A stretch of DNA of 64,000 nt, taken from NCBI GenBank assembly GCA_025920435.1, contig JAPDLT010000001.1:1539-65538 (forward strand), read 5' to 3'. The notes beneath the pieces were generated by a model. The model was not told the origin of the DNA. It did no database searches and saw nothing but the letters and a program-made list of their open reading frames with translations. The first letter of the stretch is position 1, and each line of letters starts with the position of its first letter. Below, piece by piece: positions 47,539 through 57,497 of the stretch. Made by a program: the position numbers and the translations under genes. This DNA is from Candidatus Rehaiarchaeum fermentans. Lineage in GTDB: Archaea > Nanobdellota > Nanobdellia > Parvarchaeales > Parvarchaeaceae.

Positions 47539-48990
47539 ATGCTATTAATTTCAATATATATGAGATTATTCAATACTTTAAGTAGAAGAGTAGAAGAATT
47601 TGTTCCTATTAATAGTAAAGAAGTTAGACTATATTCTTGCGGTCCTACTGTTTATGATTTTGCTCATATAGGTAATTTAAGATACTTTACAAATGTTGAT
47701 TTGTTAAAGAGAGCATTGCTTTTGGAAGGTTATGATGTCAAACATGTTATGAATATAACCGATGTAGGTCACCTAACTTCAGATGCTGATACAGGAGAAG
47801 ATAAGATTGAAAGAAGTGCAGAAAAGGCAAGAATGTCAGCATGGGATCTTGCTAAGATGTATACTCAATATTTCTTAGAGGATATAAAAGAGCTTAATAT
47901 AATTTATCCTCAAATAATTTGTAAAGCAACTGACCACATAAAAGAAATGATAGATATGATAAGGAAGTTAGAAGAGAAAGGTTTTACATACAGAATAGGA
48001 GATGGAATATATTATGATACTTCTAAATTTCCTTCTTATGGAGAATTGCTAGGAAAGGAAAGAGAGAAGGCTCTGAGCGGAGCTTTACCAGGAGCGAGGG
48101 TAGAGTTTAACCCAGAAAAGAGAAATATAAATGACTTTGCTCTATGGAAATTTTCTCCAAAAGATAAAAAAAGGCAAATGGAATGGGATTCGCCTTGGGG
48201 AGTAGGCTTTCCAGGCTGGCATATAGAATGTTCAGCTATGAGTACTAAATATTTAGGTAATCATTTTGATATTCATGCAGGAGGAGTTGATTTGATATTT
48301 CCTCATCATACCAACGAGATAGCTCAATCAGAAGCAGCAAACTCAGAAAAATTTGTTAATTATTGGTTTCACGTAGAACATCTTCTCATAAACAATAAAA
48401 AGATGTCTAAAAGTGAAGGTAACTATTTAACTTTAAGAGACCTTAAGAATAAAGGCTTTGATCCTATTGCTTTTAGACTTATGATCATAGATCATCACTA
48501 TAGAAATAAGCTTAATTTTACATTCGAGAAATTAGAAAAATATGCAACAACTTTAGAAAGATTTGATATTACTTTAAAAACAATACCTTTGCTTGAAGAA
48601 ACAAATGAGGAGGATTATTTGGAAGATTACGCCTTGGCTTTCAATAATGCACTAAAAGATGATTTAGATACCCACAAAGCACTTCAGATCTTTTCTAAAT
48701 ATATTGATGTTCTTAACGATTATATTTTTAAAGGTAGGATTCCTAGAAATATAAAGCAAAAACACTTTCAATTGATTTCTCACTTTAATAAGGTTCTAGG
48801 AATTTTGGATGAATATGCAATTCCTGAAGAAATTAAAGCACTTGCTGAAAAACGTTATCAACATAAGAAAGCAGGTTTATTAGAAGAAGCAGATAAGATA
48901 AGAGAAGAAGTATTTAATAAAGGTTATAAAATAATAGATTATTCAAACTCTTATTTAATAATTAAAAGAAGATACAATGAATTACACTAG
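47539..48990 (+). CDS. cysS: cysteinyl-tRNA synthetase
   Basis: LYSCGPTVYDFAHIGNLR (HIGH-type), the Zn-binding C in WHIECS, and KMSKS in NNKKMSKSEGN. Confidence 0.85.
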   Translation: MLLISIYMRLFNTLSRRVEEFVPINSKEVRLYSCGPTVYDFAHIGNLRYFTNVDLLKRALLLEGYDVKHVMNITDVGHLTSDADTGEDKIERSAEKARMSAWDLAKMYTQYFLEDIKELNIIYPQIICKATDHIKEMIDMIRKLEEKGFTYRIGDGIYYDTSKFPSYGELLGKEREKALSGALPGARVEFNPEKRNINDFALWKFSPKDKKRQMEWDSPWGVGFPGWHIECSAMSTKYLGNHFDIHAGGVDLIFPHHTNEIAQSEAANSEKFVNYWFHVEHLLINNKKMSKSEGNYLTLRDLKNKGFDPIAFRLMIIDHHYRNKLNFTFEKLEKYATTLERFDITLKTIPLLEETNEEDYLEDYALAFNNALKDDLDTHKALQIFSKYIDVLNDYIFKGRIPRNIKQKHFQLISHFNKVLGILDEYAIPEEIKALAEKRYQHKKAGLLEEADKIREEVFNKGYKIIDYSNSYLIIKRRYNELH

Positions 48991-49249
48991 GTTAGCCATA
49001 TTTATATTTTTATTGCTGCTCGCTGCAACAGTAATACTTTATTTAAGCCCATCGGTGAGAGAAAGAAGTATTTCAAGCGCTTTTTGTTCTGCTTATTGTC
49101 ATGATCACATTGAAAATTTAACGTACGGTACTTGCATTTCTAAAAACATAAGTTTTGGCTTTTCGTGTGCTTATTCAAACACAAATGTTTGTAATACAAC
49201 TCACTATATTTTACTTAACAAAGACTGCACTATAAATTCTATAAATTAA
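48977..49249 (+). CDS. hypothetical small secreted cysteine-rich protein (8 Cys)
   Basis: The 90-aa protein has a signal/anchor LAIFIFLLLLAATVILYL followed by 8 Cys and N-x-S/T sites. Confidence 0.3.
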   Translation: MNYTRLAIFIFLLLLAATVILYLSPSVRERSISSAFCSAYCHDHIENLTYGTCISKNISFGFSCAYSNTNVCNTTHYILLNKDCTINSIN

Positions 49250-49839
49250 AACGTTATCTTTTTCTTAAATTCTAATAGTTCCTTTTGTCTTTTATTAAGC
49301 TGCTCTAAGATTCTTTCCCTTTCGTTCATTATTTCTTTCGAATCTATATATTTTAGGGGTATGTTACAATAAATACACAAAAAATTATTTTCCAAAGCAG
49401 TGCTTTCATTATATGTTCTTAGACATTGCGGGCATCTATAATAATTGTCTATTTTTTCTAAATCTATTTCTCTTTCGATTTTAAATATTTCTTCTTTAAC
49501 TTTCTTTATCATTACTTCTAAAAGATAATTTAAATTTGCAAACCATATATATTCTAATATCTTTCCTTTCTTCCTTTCTTTGTAACCTACTATGTTTTTT
49601 TCATACATTTTATACAGTATTTTTCTCAAGTAGTTAGCTTTTTCATACTTTAGATCAGACACTATTTTACTTTCTAAAACTTTCCCATTCTTTACTAAAT
49701 ATTCAAATATTCTCATCGCATCCGGATCTATCTCTTCGATGTATCTTAAAATTTCTTGATCTTCTTTCACTAATTTGATAACTTTTTGTTCTAAATTTTC
49801 TTTATTTGAAGATTTTTTGGTTGTATCCTTACTTTTCAT
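49246..49839 (-). CDS. tfe: transcription factor E (TFIIE-alpha homologue): winged helix + zinc ribbon
   Basis: It has an N-terminal wHTH-like region and a CPQC...CIYC zinc ribbon. The ~190-aa length fits archaeal TFE. Confidence 0.5.
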   Translation of the reverse strand: MKSKDTTKKSSNKENLEQKVIKLVKEDQEILRYIEEIDPDAMRIFEYLVKNGKVLESKIVSDLKYEKANYLRKILYKMYEKNIVGYKERKKGKILEYIWFANLNYLLEVMIKKVKEEIFKIEREIDLEKIDNYYRCPQCLRTYNESTALENNFLCIYCNIPLKYIDSKEIMNERERILEQLNKRQKELLEFKKKITF

Positions 49840-49883
49840 ATTTCTATTATCTTATATGTATATATCTCTTAAATTTAAATAAT

Positions 49884-51572
49884 ATGGAAAGCGCAGTATG
49901 CGTTCTTCTGGGTCATGCAGATGCTGGTAAAACCTCTATTCTGGACGCCATAAGACAGACACTTTTTGCTTATAAGGAATCTGGAGGACTGACTCAAGGA
50001 ATAGGTGCAACTGAAATACCTATAGAAAAGATTAATCAGATCGCGAAGGATTTGATCGAAAAAATGAATATAAAAGTCAAATTAAATTCTCTAATTTTTA
50101 TAGATTCTCCTGGTCATGAGTCTTTTATTACACTCAGAGAAAAAGGTGCTTCTGTTGCAGATCTTACGATATTGGTAATAGATATAAATGAAGGATTGCA
50201 GGCTCAAACAAAAGAATCCTTGAATGTATTAAGAAAGTATAAAACTCCTTTTATTATTGCTTTGACTAAAATAGATACAATTCCAGGTTATATAAATGTA
50301 AAATCATCTGATTTTAAGGAATTTATTGAAAATCAATCACAAAAGTTTCAAAATTACTTTTATTCAAGACTTTATCAAATAGAAGGAGAAATTTCTGAAC
50401 TAGGTTTTAAATCTGATTTATATTATCAAATTTCTGACTTTTCTAAGACTGTTGCAATAGTTCCAGTTTCTTCAAAAGATAAAGTTGGAATTGCTGATTT
50501 ACTTGTATTAATGATAGGATTAATTCAGAAGTATAAACTTAATGAAAGACCTAATGATAATAGAATCTTCTTTCTAGAAAATAGAAACGAAAAAGGAATC
50601 GGAATAGTTACTGATTCTATAATATATTCTGGAGTTGTAAAGGTTGGAGACAAAATGAGCTTTGTAAGCGAGGGAAAGATTGTTGAAGATAGTATTAAAT
50701 CTATATTTAGATTAGAACCTCTTTCAGAAACACGAGAGCATTTCGGTAAATTCCAAAGTGTAGAAGAGATAGAAGCTAACGCCGTTGCAAGAATTTCATT
50801 TAGAAAGTATTCTCCTACTCCCGGTACCTTTGGAGTCTCTTCTTCAAGTAAATTGAAAGAGGAGGTGTTAAACATAAGTTTGCCTAAATATGATAATAAT
50901 GGAGTTTGCATTAATGCAGATACTGTAGGGAGCATCGAAGCATTAAGAAGACTTTTAGAATCGAGAAACATAAGTATAGCAAAAGAAAAAATAGGTCCTC
51001 CTTCTAAGGAGGACGTTTTGGCTGCTTTAGGCTCTAAAATAATTATTGCATTTAATGTCGACGTAGATAAAGAAATATATAAATACGCGTTAGATAAGGG
51101 TTGCTATATAATAGAAGGGAAATCTATCTATAAAATAGTAGAAGATTTAGACAAATTTTTAGAAGAAAGAGAAAAGAATGAAATAAAAGCTTTAATGAAT
51201 TCTTTCACTTTTCCAGGAGAGATTAAAGTTTTAGAAGGTTTTATATTTAGAAAGTCAAAGCCCGCAATTTTTGGTGTCAGGGTATTAAATGGAATTATAA
51301 AAAAGAATTATACTTTGATACATGAAAATGGAAGAATAGTTGGAACAATTGAAGATATACAAGACAATAAGAAAAGTATAGATTTTGCTTCAAAAGGAAT
51401 GGAAGTTGCTATTAGTGTTGACGCTCAATTCGGAAAAGATTTTTTGGAGGGCGATTTATTATATAATAAGCTATCTTTAGAAAGCATTATTAAGATAGAA
51501 GAAATATTAGATAAGTTACCTTCTGATTATAAAGAAGCCTTAGAAAAAACCAAAAAAATACTAAAATTATGA
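49884..51572 (+). CDS. infB: translation initiation factor aIF5B (IF-2 homologue GTPase)
   Basis: G1 LGHADAGKTS, G3 DSPGH and G4 TKID motifs, a ~560-aa length, and C-terminal beta-barrel domains. The likely start is Met at 49884 (MESAVCVLLGH) rather than the upstream ATG at 49806 that overlaps tfe. Confidence 0.8.
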   Translation: MESAVCVLLGHADAGKTSILDAIRQTLFAYKESGGLTQGIGATEIPIEKINQIAKDLIEKMNIKVKLNSLIFIDSPGHESFITLREKGASVADLTILVIDINEGLQAQTKESLNVLRKYKTPFIIALTKIDTIPGYINVKSSDFKEFIENQSQKFQNYFYSRLYQIEGEISELGFKSDLYYQISDFSKTVAIVPVSSKDKVGIADLLVLMIGLIQKYKLNERPNDNRIFFLENRNEKGIGIVTDSIIYSGVVKVGDKMSFVSEGKIVEDSIKSIFRLEPLSETREHFGKFQSVEEIEANAVARISFRKYSPTPGTFGVSSSSKLKEEVLNISLPKYDNNGVCINADTVGSIEALRRLLESRNISIAKEKIGPPSKEDVLAALGSKIIIAFNVDVDKEIYKYALDKGCYIIEGKSIYKIVEDLDKFLEEREKNEIKALMNSFTFPGEIKVLEGFIFRKSKPAIFGVRVLNGIIKKNYTLIHENGRIVGTIEDIQDNKKSIDFASKGMEVAISVDAQFGKDFLEGDLLYNKLSLESIIKIEEILDKLPSDYKEALEKTKKILKL

Positions 51573-52699
51573 AGGTTGCGATATTTGGTAAGACTAATGT
51601 TGGAAAAAGTACGCTATTTAAAGCGTTGACTTTAAAAGAAGTTGAAATAGCAGATAGACCATTTACGACCATTTCTCCAAATTTCGGAGTCGGATACGTA
51701 ACAGTACCTTGTCCTGAAAAAGAGTTTGGAGTTAAGTGTAATCCCAAAAACGCTCCTTGTAAAGATGGAATTAGATATGTTCCTGTAGAAATAATAGATG
51801 TGGCTGGCTTAATAAAAGGAGCTGCGCAAGGAAGAGGCCTGGGTAATAAGTTTTTAACTGATGCAGCATCAGCAAACATAATGATAGAAGTTATTGATGC
51901 TTCAGGTAGAACAGATGAAAATGGAAATCCTACTGAAGGATACGATCCATTGAAAGATGTAGAATTAGTAAAAAATGAATTAACAGAATGGCTTAAATCT
52001 ATAATATTAAGAAGTAATTTAAGAGAAGGATTAGAAGAAGGAATCTCGAAGCAATTAAGCGGTATTCAAATATCTAAAGAACAAATAAAGCAAGCAATTA
52101 AAGATTTGGACATAAAAAAGTTAGATGAAAATTCAGCTAATTTGCTAGCTGAATATATTCTTTCTCATTATAAGAAGATTGTTATTGCTATTAATAAAAG
52201 TGATTTAGTCAAAGATCCAGAAGAAATAGCCAAAAGGGTCAAAGCGCTGGGGTATGAAAGCGTAATCTGTTCAGCAGAAATTATGTTAATGTTGAGGGAA
52301 GCTGAAAGTAAGGGCTATATTTCTATAGATAAAGAAAATAATATTAAAATTTTAAAGAAATTGTCTTCTCAGCAACTTAATGCAATAGAGTTAGGATCTC
52401 AATTTCTTAAAAAATATGGAGATTGTTTATCAAATCTAATGAACAAAACAGTTATAGAAGTATATCACGGCAAAGTTGTATTTCCTGTAGAAGATGAAAA
52501 TAAACTAACTGATTCTAATGGTAATGTATTACCAGATGCATATGTTATGGATCCAGATTCTACTCTTTATGATTTAGCGCTAAAAATTCATTCAGATATA
52601 GCATCTAACTTGAAATTAGGGATAGATTGTAAGACTAAGATGAAGATAGGAAAAGAAGAAAAGCTTAAGCATTTACAAGTTATCAAGCTAGTTGCATGA
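51569..52699 (+). CDS. Obg/YchF/DRG-family P-loop GTPase
   Basis: G1 GKTNVGKST, G2 region DRPFTTISPNFGV and G3 DVAG. ATGA overlap with infB. Confidence 0.5.
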   Translation: MKVAIFGKTNVGKSTLFKALTLKEVEIADRPFTTISPNFGVGYVTVPCPEKEFGVKCNPKNAPCKDGIRYVPVEIIDVAGLIKGAAQGRGLGNKFLTDAASANIMIEVIDASGRTDENGNPTEGYDPLKDVELVKNELTEWLKSIILRSNLREGLEEGISKQLSGIQISKEQIKQAIKDLDIKKLDENSANLLAEYILSHYKKIVIAINKSDLVKDPEEIAKRVKALGYESVICSAEIMLMLREAESKGYISIDKENNIKILKKLSSQQLNAIELGSQFLKKYGDCLSNLMNKTVIEVYHGKVVFPVEDENKLTDSNGNVLPDAYVMDPDSTLYDLALKIHSDIASNLKLGIDCKTKMKIGKEEKLKHLQVIKLVA

Positions 52700-53499
52700 A
52701 TACTTCTCAAGTGTTTCTTGTAAATAAGTTCGTAATGAACAAGATCATAGATTTTGCAGATTTGACTCCTAATGATGTAGTTATGGAAATAGGGAGTGGC
52801 GATGGTAGATTAACAGAGCTTATTGCAAAGAAAGCAAAGAAAGTATATGCTATAGAAATAGATAAAGAGCTTGCAGATGTGTCAATTCAAAAATTAAAGA
52901 ATTATAAAAACGTAGAAATAATAAATGATGACGCCTTAAAAATTGAATTTCCAAAAGTTAATAAAATAATTTCAAATCTTCCATATTCTATCGCTTCTCC
53001 TCTTACTCAAAAAATAATTTTTTATTTGAACAGAGAAAATGCTATTGCAATTTTAATGTATCAAAAGGAGTTGGCCGATAGAATACTTGCTTTTCCAGGA
53101 GCAAGAGAATATTCCATGCTTACCATTTTAGTTCAATATGCTTGTGAAGTTAAGAAACTAATGGACGTAAGTAAAATGAATTTTAGGCCAGTTCCTTCAG
53201 TAGACTCTTCCTTATTATATCTTAAACCTAAGCCTATAGAAATAGACCGTTCTTTTCTTTCTTTTTGCAAAATATTATTTTTTCATAAGAAGAAAAATGT
53301 TTATTCTTCATTAATGGATTCAAGAGAAATACTTAAGCTTACAAAAGAAGAAATAAGGGATAAAATTAAAGGAATTGATCTTTCTAACGAGAAGGTATTT
53401 TATCTAAGCATAGAGGAGTTATTTAGTCTTTATAAGCAATGTAAAGAAAAAGGAATATGGAAAGGAGAAAGCTATCAAGACTTGAACTTTTACGATTAG
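52696..53499 (+). CDS. ksgA: 16S rRNA (adenine-N6,N6)-dimethyltransferase KsgA/Dim1
   Basis: SAM motif VMEIGSGDGRLT and the catalytic NLPYSIASP (NLPY-x-I-S-x-P) motif. Confidence 0.8.
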   Translation: MNTSQVFLVNKFVMNKIIDFADLTPNDVVMEIGSGDGRLTELIAKKAKKVYAIEIDKELADVSIQKLKNYKNVEIINDDALKIEFPKVNKIISNLPYSIASPLTQKIIFYLNRENAIAILMYQKELADRILAFPGAREYSMLTILVQYACEVKKLMDVSKMNFRPVPSVDSSLLYLKPKPIEIDRSFLSFCKILFFHKKKNVYSSLMDSREILKLTKEEIRDKIKGIDLSNEKVFYLSIEELFSLYKQCKEKGIWKGESYQDLNFYD

Positions 53500-54143
53500 A
53501 ATTAGATTACTTTTTCGCCTCGTTTACTAAAAAAGAAATATTCGATATATTTATAGCTTGGCTTGCCTTGACCTTTGCATTTTCTTTTCTATTCGATAGA
53601 AACATTCTAAGCTATAATTTTATAGAATATTTTATTATATCTGCTATTTCTGTTGGCTTAGGGTTTATAATACATGAATTAATGCATAAGTTTAAAGCAA
53701 TAAGTTATGATTATCCAGCACACTTTGTTGCTTGGTACCAAGGGCTCATTTTAACTGTGTTCACCGCATTTATCCTACGCATTATTTTTGCATTGCCTGG
53801 GGCAACAGTTTTTACTCCTAGGTCTAGATGGTTTTTAGATAAAGATTTCACAGAAAAATACGGTAAAATTTCTTTATATGGACCTTTATCTAATATAGTT
53901 TTCGGTTTTATTTTTATTTTACTTCTATTTTTCGTTTATCCTTTAATTAAGAGTTCCTTTTTACTTAAATTATCTTTAGAAGGAGCATTTATAAATTTTT
54001 ATCTTTCAGCATTTAATTTGATTCCTTTAGGAGGAGTTGTAGGACTAGACGGCTGGAAAGTTTTTCGATGGAATAAGGCTGTTTGGGCACTTACTTTCTT
54101 TCTTTCAGTAGGTATGACTATTTTAATATACGTTGGATTTTAA
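53457..54143 (+). CDS. site-2 protease-like M50 membrane metalloprotease
   Basis: HELMH (HExxH) lies within a TM helix, and a second TM carries NLIPLGGVVGLDG (the LDG motif). Length is 228 aa. Confidence 0.55.
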   Translation: MERRKLSRLELLRLELDYFFASFTKKEIFDIFIAWLALTFAFSFLFDRNILSYNFIEYFIISAISVGLGFIIHELMHKFKAISYDYPAHFVAWYQGLILTVFTAFILRIIFALPGATVFTPRSRWFLDKDFTEKYGKISLYGPLSNIVFGFIFILLLFFVYPLIKSSFLLKLSLEGAFINFYLSAFNLIPLGGVVGLDGWKVFRWNKAVWALTFFLSVGMTILIYVGF

Positions 54144-54155
54144 TTTATATCTTTA

Positions 54156-54863
54156 TTGAGTATATTTCTTATGGTAAAGATTTTTTGTAATGAAAAAACA
54201 GAGGGCAAATTGCTAGTTTTGGCTTTTCCTGCTGCTGGTCATGTAAATGAACTTGCTTTGGCTTATGCAATAGATAAATCTGCAATAAAAGAATGTGGTT
54301 ATGTTTACACAGAAAATTCTCCGATTGCGATTATAAACGATGGAAAAATTAAGTTCCCTATTTCCTTATTTTCCGCCAAAAATTCAATTATTTTATCTTC
54401 CTTTATTCCTGCTACTGAGGAACTAATTAAGCATTTAATTTCATGGTATAAGGAGAGTAAGTTTGCTGGAGTAATTTTACTAGAGTCTATGCCTATTGAT
54501 GTAAAATCTAACCAATCAAACGTATTTTATGTTAAGGAGGGAGATATCAATTTCGATACTACGGGAATGAAAAGTCTAGAAGAAGGAATAATAGTCGGAA
54601 GTTCAGCTAATTTGCTATTAGCATTGGCTAATGATAAAATACCAACATTAGTCGTTTTAACTGAGGCGCATATAGAAATGCCAGACGGAATTGCAGCAGC
54701 TAACCTTCTTAAATCTCTCCAACCATTATTGGGAGAAATAGATACTGAAGAACTTATAAAAGATTATAAAAGAAGGCTTTATAAAATACACAAATTGATC
54801 AGTAAATATAAGGAAAATTCTAGTCAAAAAGAAGATTTAGATTCTTTGCATATTTATGGATAG
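54156..54863 (+). CDS. PAC2-family protein (proteasome assembly chaperone-like)
   Basis: LLVLAFPAAGHVNELALAYAI resembles the conserved G-x-P-G-x-G-x-V-G N-terminal block of PAC2/DUF75 proteins. This is a weak, pattern-only call. Confidence 0.35.
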   Translation: MSIFLMVKIFCNEKTEGKLLVLAFPAAGHVNELALAYAIDKSAIKECGYVYTENSPIAIINDGKIKFPISLFSAKNSIILSSFIPATEELIKHLISWYKESKFAGVILLESMPIDVKSNQSNVFYVKEGDINFDTTGMKSLEEGIIVGSSANLLLALANDKIPTLVVLTEAHIEMPDGIAAANLLKSLQPLLGEIDTEELIKDYKRRLYKIHKLISKYKENSSQKEDLDSLHIYG

Positions 54864-54908
54864 ATTTTTATTGTAAAATTTTAAATTTCTAAAACAAATA
54901 AACACAAT

Positions 54909-55370
54909 ATGAGAAAAACGGAGAAATTAACAATGAAATTTTTAAATACTATAAAAAATAACTACAGTATGAAGAAGAACAATTCGTTGCTTTCTCAGGG
55001 ACTTCCTATTAACACAATAATTTTAATAGCAATTGGAGTACTTATACTAGTATTGTTGGTAGTTTTTGTATTAGGAGGATTTAAAGGTTTAGGAGCAGCT
55101 AAACCAGCGTCATTCTCAGCTTTTGTTCAAACGTGCAGTTCTGACTGCGCAGCTTTGGACGGCTCGCCAAATGAAGGTTCTGTAGTGAATTCCAATTTCT
55201 GTACTACTACTTATTCTAATTCAAGTACCACTGTATTACATTGTTATGATCCTAATGCTTACGGCGCATGTACTTTCACTTTAGCCAATGGTTCTGAAGC
55301 ATGCGTATCAGGGGTAGGTGGAGTTGCATGTACTCTTCCAAACGGTAATAATTACCAGTGCGTTCCTTAG
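54909..55370 (+). CDS. hypothetical secreted Cys-rich protein with N-terminal hydrophobic anchor
   Basis: Hydrophobic helix INTIILIAIGVLILVLLVVFVLGGF, then a Cys-rich (10 Cys) Ser/Thr/Asn-rich domain. A pilin-like class III signal is possible but basic residues are absent at -2/-3. Confidence 0.3.
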   Translation: MRKTEKLTMKFLNTIKNNYSMKKNNSLLSQGLPINTIILIAIGVLILVLLVVFVLGGFKGLGAAKPASFSAFVQTCSSDCAALDGSPNEGSVVNSNFCTTTYSNSSTTVLHCYDPNAYGACTFTLANGSEACVSGVGGVACTLPNGNNYQCVP

Positions 55371-55415
55371 AGTATTAATAAGAAAATTATTATTTATTAA
55401 AAACTACTTCGATTT

Positions 55416-56207
55416 CTAAGCCGCTTTTTCAAGCTCGTGTTTAATTTCTTCTAGATAATAATTTGCAGATTTTTCATCTAACAAAGAAAAGTTCTTTAGT
55501 CTATACTTATCCTTATTTTTAATTAATTGTGCTTCTATCTCGATTATATCTTTATTCAAATTTAATATGCTTTCATCAATGCTGTTCCCTTTCCTTAATG
55601 AAAGCAATTTCTCTGCTATTCCATCGAATGCAGCAACTTTGATGCTGTTTAATCCATCATTTATTATTAGCTTTATAATTAGATGCTTTTCTATTGCTTT
55701 ATTTCCATGTATTTCACAGCTATCATTTACTTTCTTTTTACATATAGCGCATTTTTTTATAGTATGTTCTCCCCTAAACACAAATGTTATGTAACCATCT
55801 ACTAAGTTTAGTCCTTCCTCCATCTCACTTATTGTTTTCTCTTTGCTTTTTTTAACAAGTATAAGGTCAGAAAATTTTCCTACATGAATCTCGACTTTTT
55901 TAGATAATGGATTTTCTCTAGCATATCCATTAATAACTGCTATAATATCTCCTTCAGATAAGTTTTCTGTTAAAGAAATGCACTTTTCATTCCATATTAC
56001 TACAGCAATAGTTCCCGTATTATCGGAAACTATAATCTTTCTCATTTTGAAATTATTTCCTTGTATTAATTCAAATAGTTTTTCTACTCTTGCTTTTATA
56101 TAAATATGCTTATCCTTTGAATTTATTTGTTCAATTTTTTTAGTTATAGCTTCCGAATTTTCTATATTTTTATTTTTTTCTTCTTCTTGTAAAGAAGATG
56201 CGTTCAT
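55416..56207 (-). CDS. rpa: replication protein A-like ssDNA-binding protein (OB fold plus zinc-ribbon OB)
   Basis: OB-fold pattern IKARVEKL...RKIIVSDNTGTIAVVIWNE, then a second OB with embedded CAICKK...CEIHG ribbon, as in euryarchaeal-type RPA. Confidence 0.5.
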   Translation of the reverse strand: MNASSLQEEEKNKNIENSEAITKKIEQINSKDKHIYIKARVEKLFELIQGNNFKMRKIIVSDNTGTIAVVIWNEKCISLTENLSEGDIIAVINGYARENPLSKKVEIHVGKFSDLILVKKSKEKTISEMEEGLNLVDGYITFVFRGEHTIKKCAICKKKVNDSCEIHGNKAIEKHLIIKLIINDGLNSIKVAAFDGIAEKLLSLRKGNSIDESILNLNKDIIEIEAQLIKNKDKYRLKNFSLLDEKSANYYLEEIKHELEKAA

Positions 56208-57478
56208 ATTATTTTTCTTAATTTTTCTGCTAATTCAAGCATTTTTTCAAAGTTTTCTTCTTTTTCAGAGTTAACATAATATCTTATTACTGGTTCCGTA
56301 TTAGATTTTCTGAATAAAATAAAAGAATCATTTATATCTAACCTTACTCCGTCTATTTTCTTTATTTTTCCATATTCTTTCATCTTTTCTTCCAAAATTG
56401 CAAGTGATTTTTTTGCTTCTTTCATTGATGAAACAGGAATCTTGCCTTCAAAATAAAATATATTAGGAATACTTTTAAGCAACTCACTTAGTTTTTTATT
56501 TTTAGCTTTTTTAATTGCTTTTATTAGCATAATTCCTGCTAAGATTCCGTCTGAGAAAGGATAAAAGTCACCAAAATACAAGTGACCCGAACCTTCAAAA
56601 CCGAGTAATCCTTTTCCGATTTTGTTTTCTATATAGGGTCTTCCTACTGGTGTATAAATGACTTCAAAATATTTTTCGAATATTTTGGGAGAAGATATTG
56701 AAGCAACCAACTTTTTATATTTTAATAATTTAGAAAACAGTATTTCTATTCTTGCGATGTTTATTAAATTGCCAGTTTCATCTACTATTAACACTCTATC
56801 TGCGTCAGCATCCACCTCTATTCCTAAATCTGCTCTTTCTTTAATTACCTCTTCTCTTAATTTTTCAGATGTTTTCTCATTTGGTTCCGGTGGCAGACCA
56901 AAATAGTGAGGATCGAAATCTTTTCTTAAAGGAATTGTATTACAAATACTTTGGAATATTTTATTTCCTATAAAAGTTGCTGCTCCTCCTAGAGAATCGA
57001 ATATTAGCTTGAATTTTTCATCTTTTAGATATCCAAAGTTAGAAAGCAAATAATTCTTATATTCTTCATTTATTTCTTCGTATTTTATTTCTCCTAATTT
57101 CTTTGCCTTTCTTTCTTTTGCCTCGATTACTAAATTAGGTCTCACCGTTTTTCCATTTTCATAAATTATTACGCCAGTGTATTCGGCAGGATTGTGTGAA
57201 GCTGTTATTGATACACTTAAGCTTTTTTCTAGGAAACTTTTAAGACTTATTGCAGCCAGTGGCCCCAAAGGTCCTTCAATTACATCAATTCCTTTTTCAT
57301 TGATTCCTTTTTCAATTTGATCTCTAATTCTTAAACTTCCTAATCTGTTATCATAATTCAAATATAATTTATCTTTTTTAGAAAAGTCTCCAAGTTTTTT
57401 TCCGATTTTATAAGCTATTTCCTCATTTATTTCTTTGGGATATATTCCTCTTATATCGTAATCTCTTACTATATCCAT
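56204..57478 (-). CDS. phosphoglucomutase/phosphomannomutase (alpha-D-phosphohexomutase family)
   Basis: The active-site Ser loop TASHNP is present in ITASHNPAEYTG, with the typical 4-domain length of 424 aa. Confidence 0.8.
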   Translation of the reverse strand: MDIVRDYDIRGIYPKEINEEIAYKIGKKLGDFSKKDKLYLNYDNRLGSLRIRDQIEKGINEKGIDVIEGPLGPLAAISLKSFLEKSLSVSITASHNPAEYTGVIIYENGKTVRPNLVIEAKERKAKKLGEIKYEEINEEYKNYLLSNFGYLKDEKFKLIFDSLGGAATFIGNKIFQSICNTIPLRKDFDPHYFGLPPEPNEKTSEKLREEVIKERADLGIEVDADADRVLIVDETGNLINIARIEILFSKLLKYKKLVASISSPKIFEKYFEVIYTPVGRPYIENKIGKGLLGFEGSGHLYFGDFYPFSDGILAGIMLIKAIKKAKNKKLSELLKSIPNIFYFEGKIPVSSMKEAKKSLAILEEKMKEYGKIKKIDGVRLDINDSFILFRKSNTEPVIRYYVNSEKEENFEKMLELAEKLRKII

Positions 57479-57497
57479 AAATTAATGTAAATACTAG

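Noticed and set aside
54909-55370. Calling the Cys-rich secreted protein a second type IV pilin
   Set aside because: The hydrophobic helix is present. However, the residues preceding the putative cleavage site (LLSQG) lack the K/R at -2/-3 usually required by PibD-type prepilin peptidases. It is left as a generic secreted protein.
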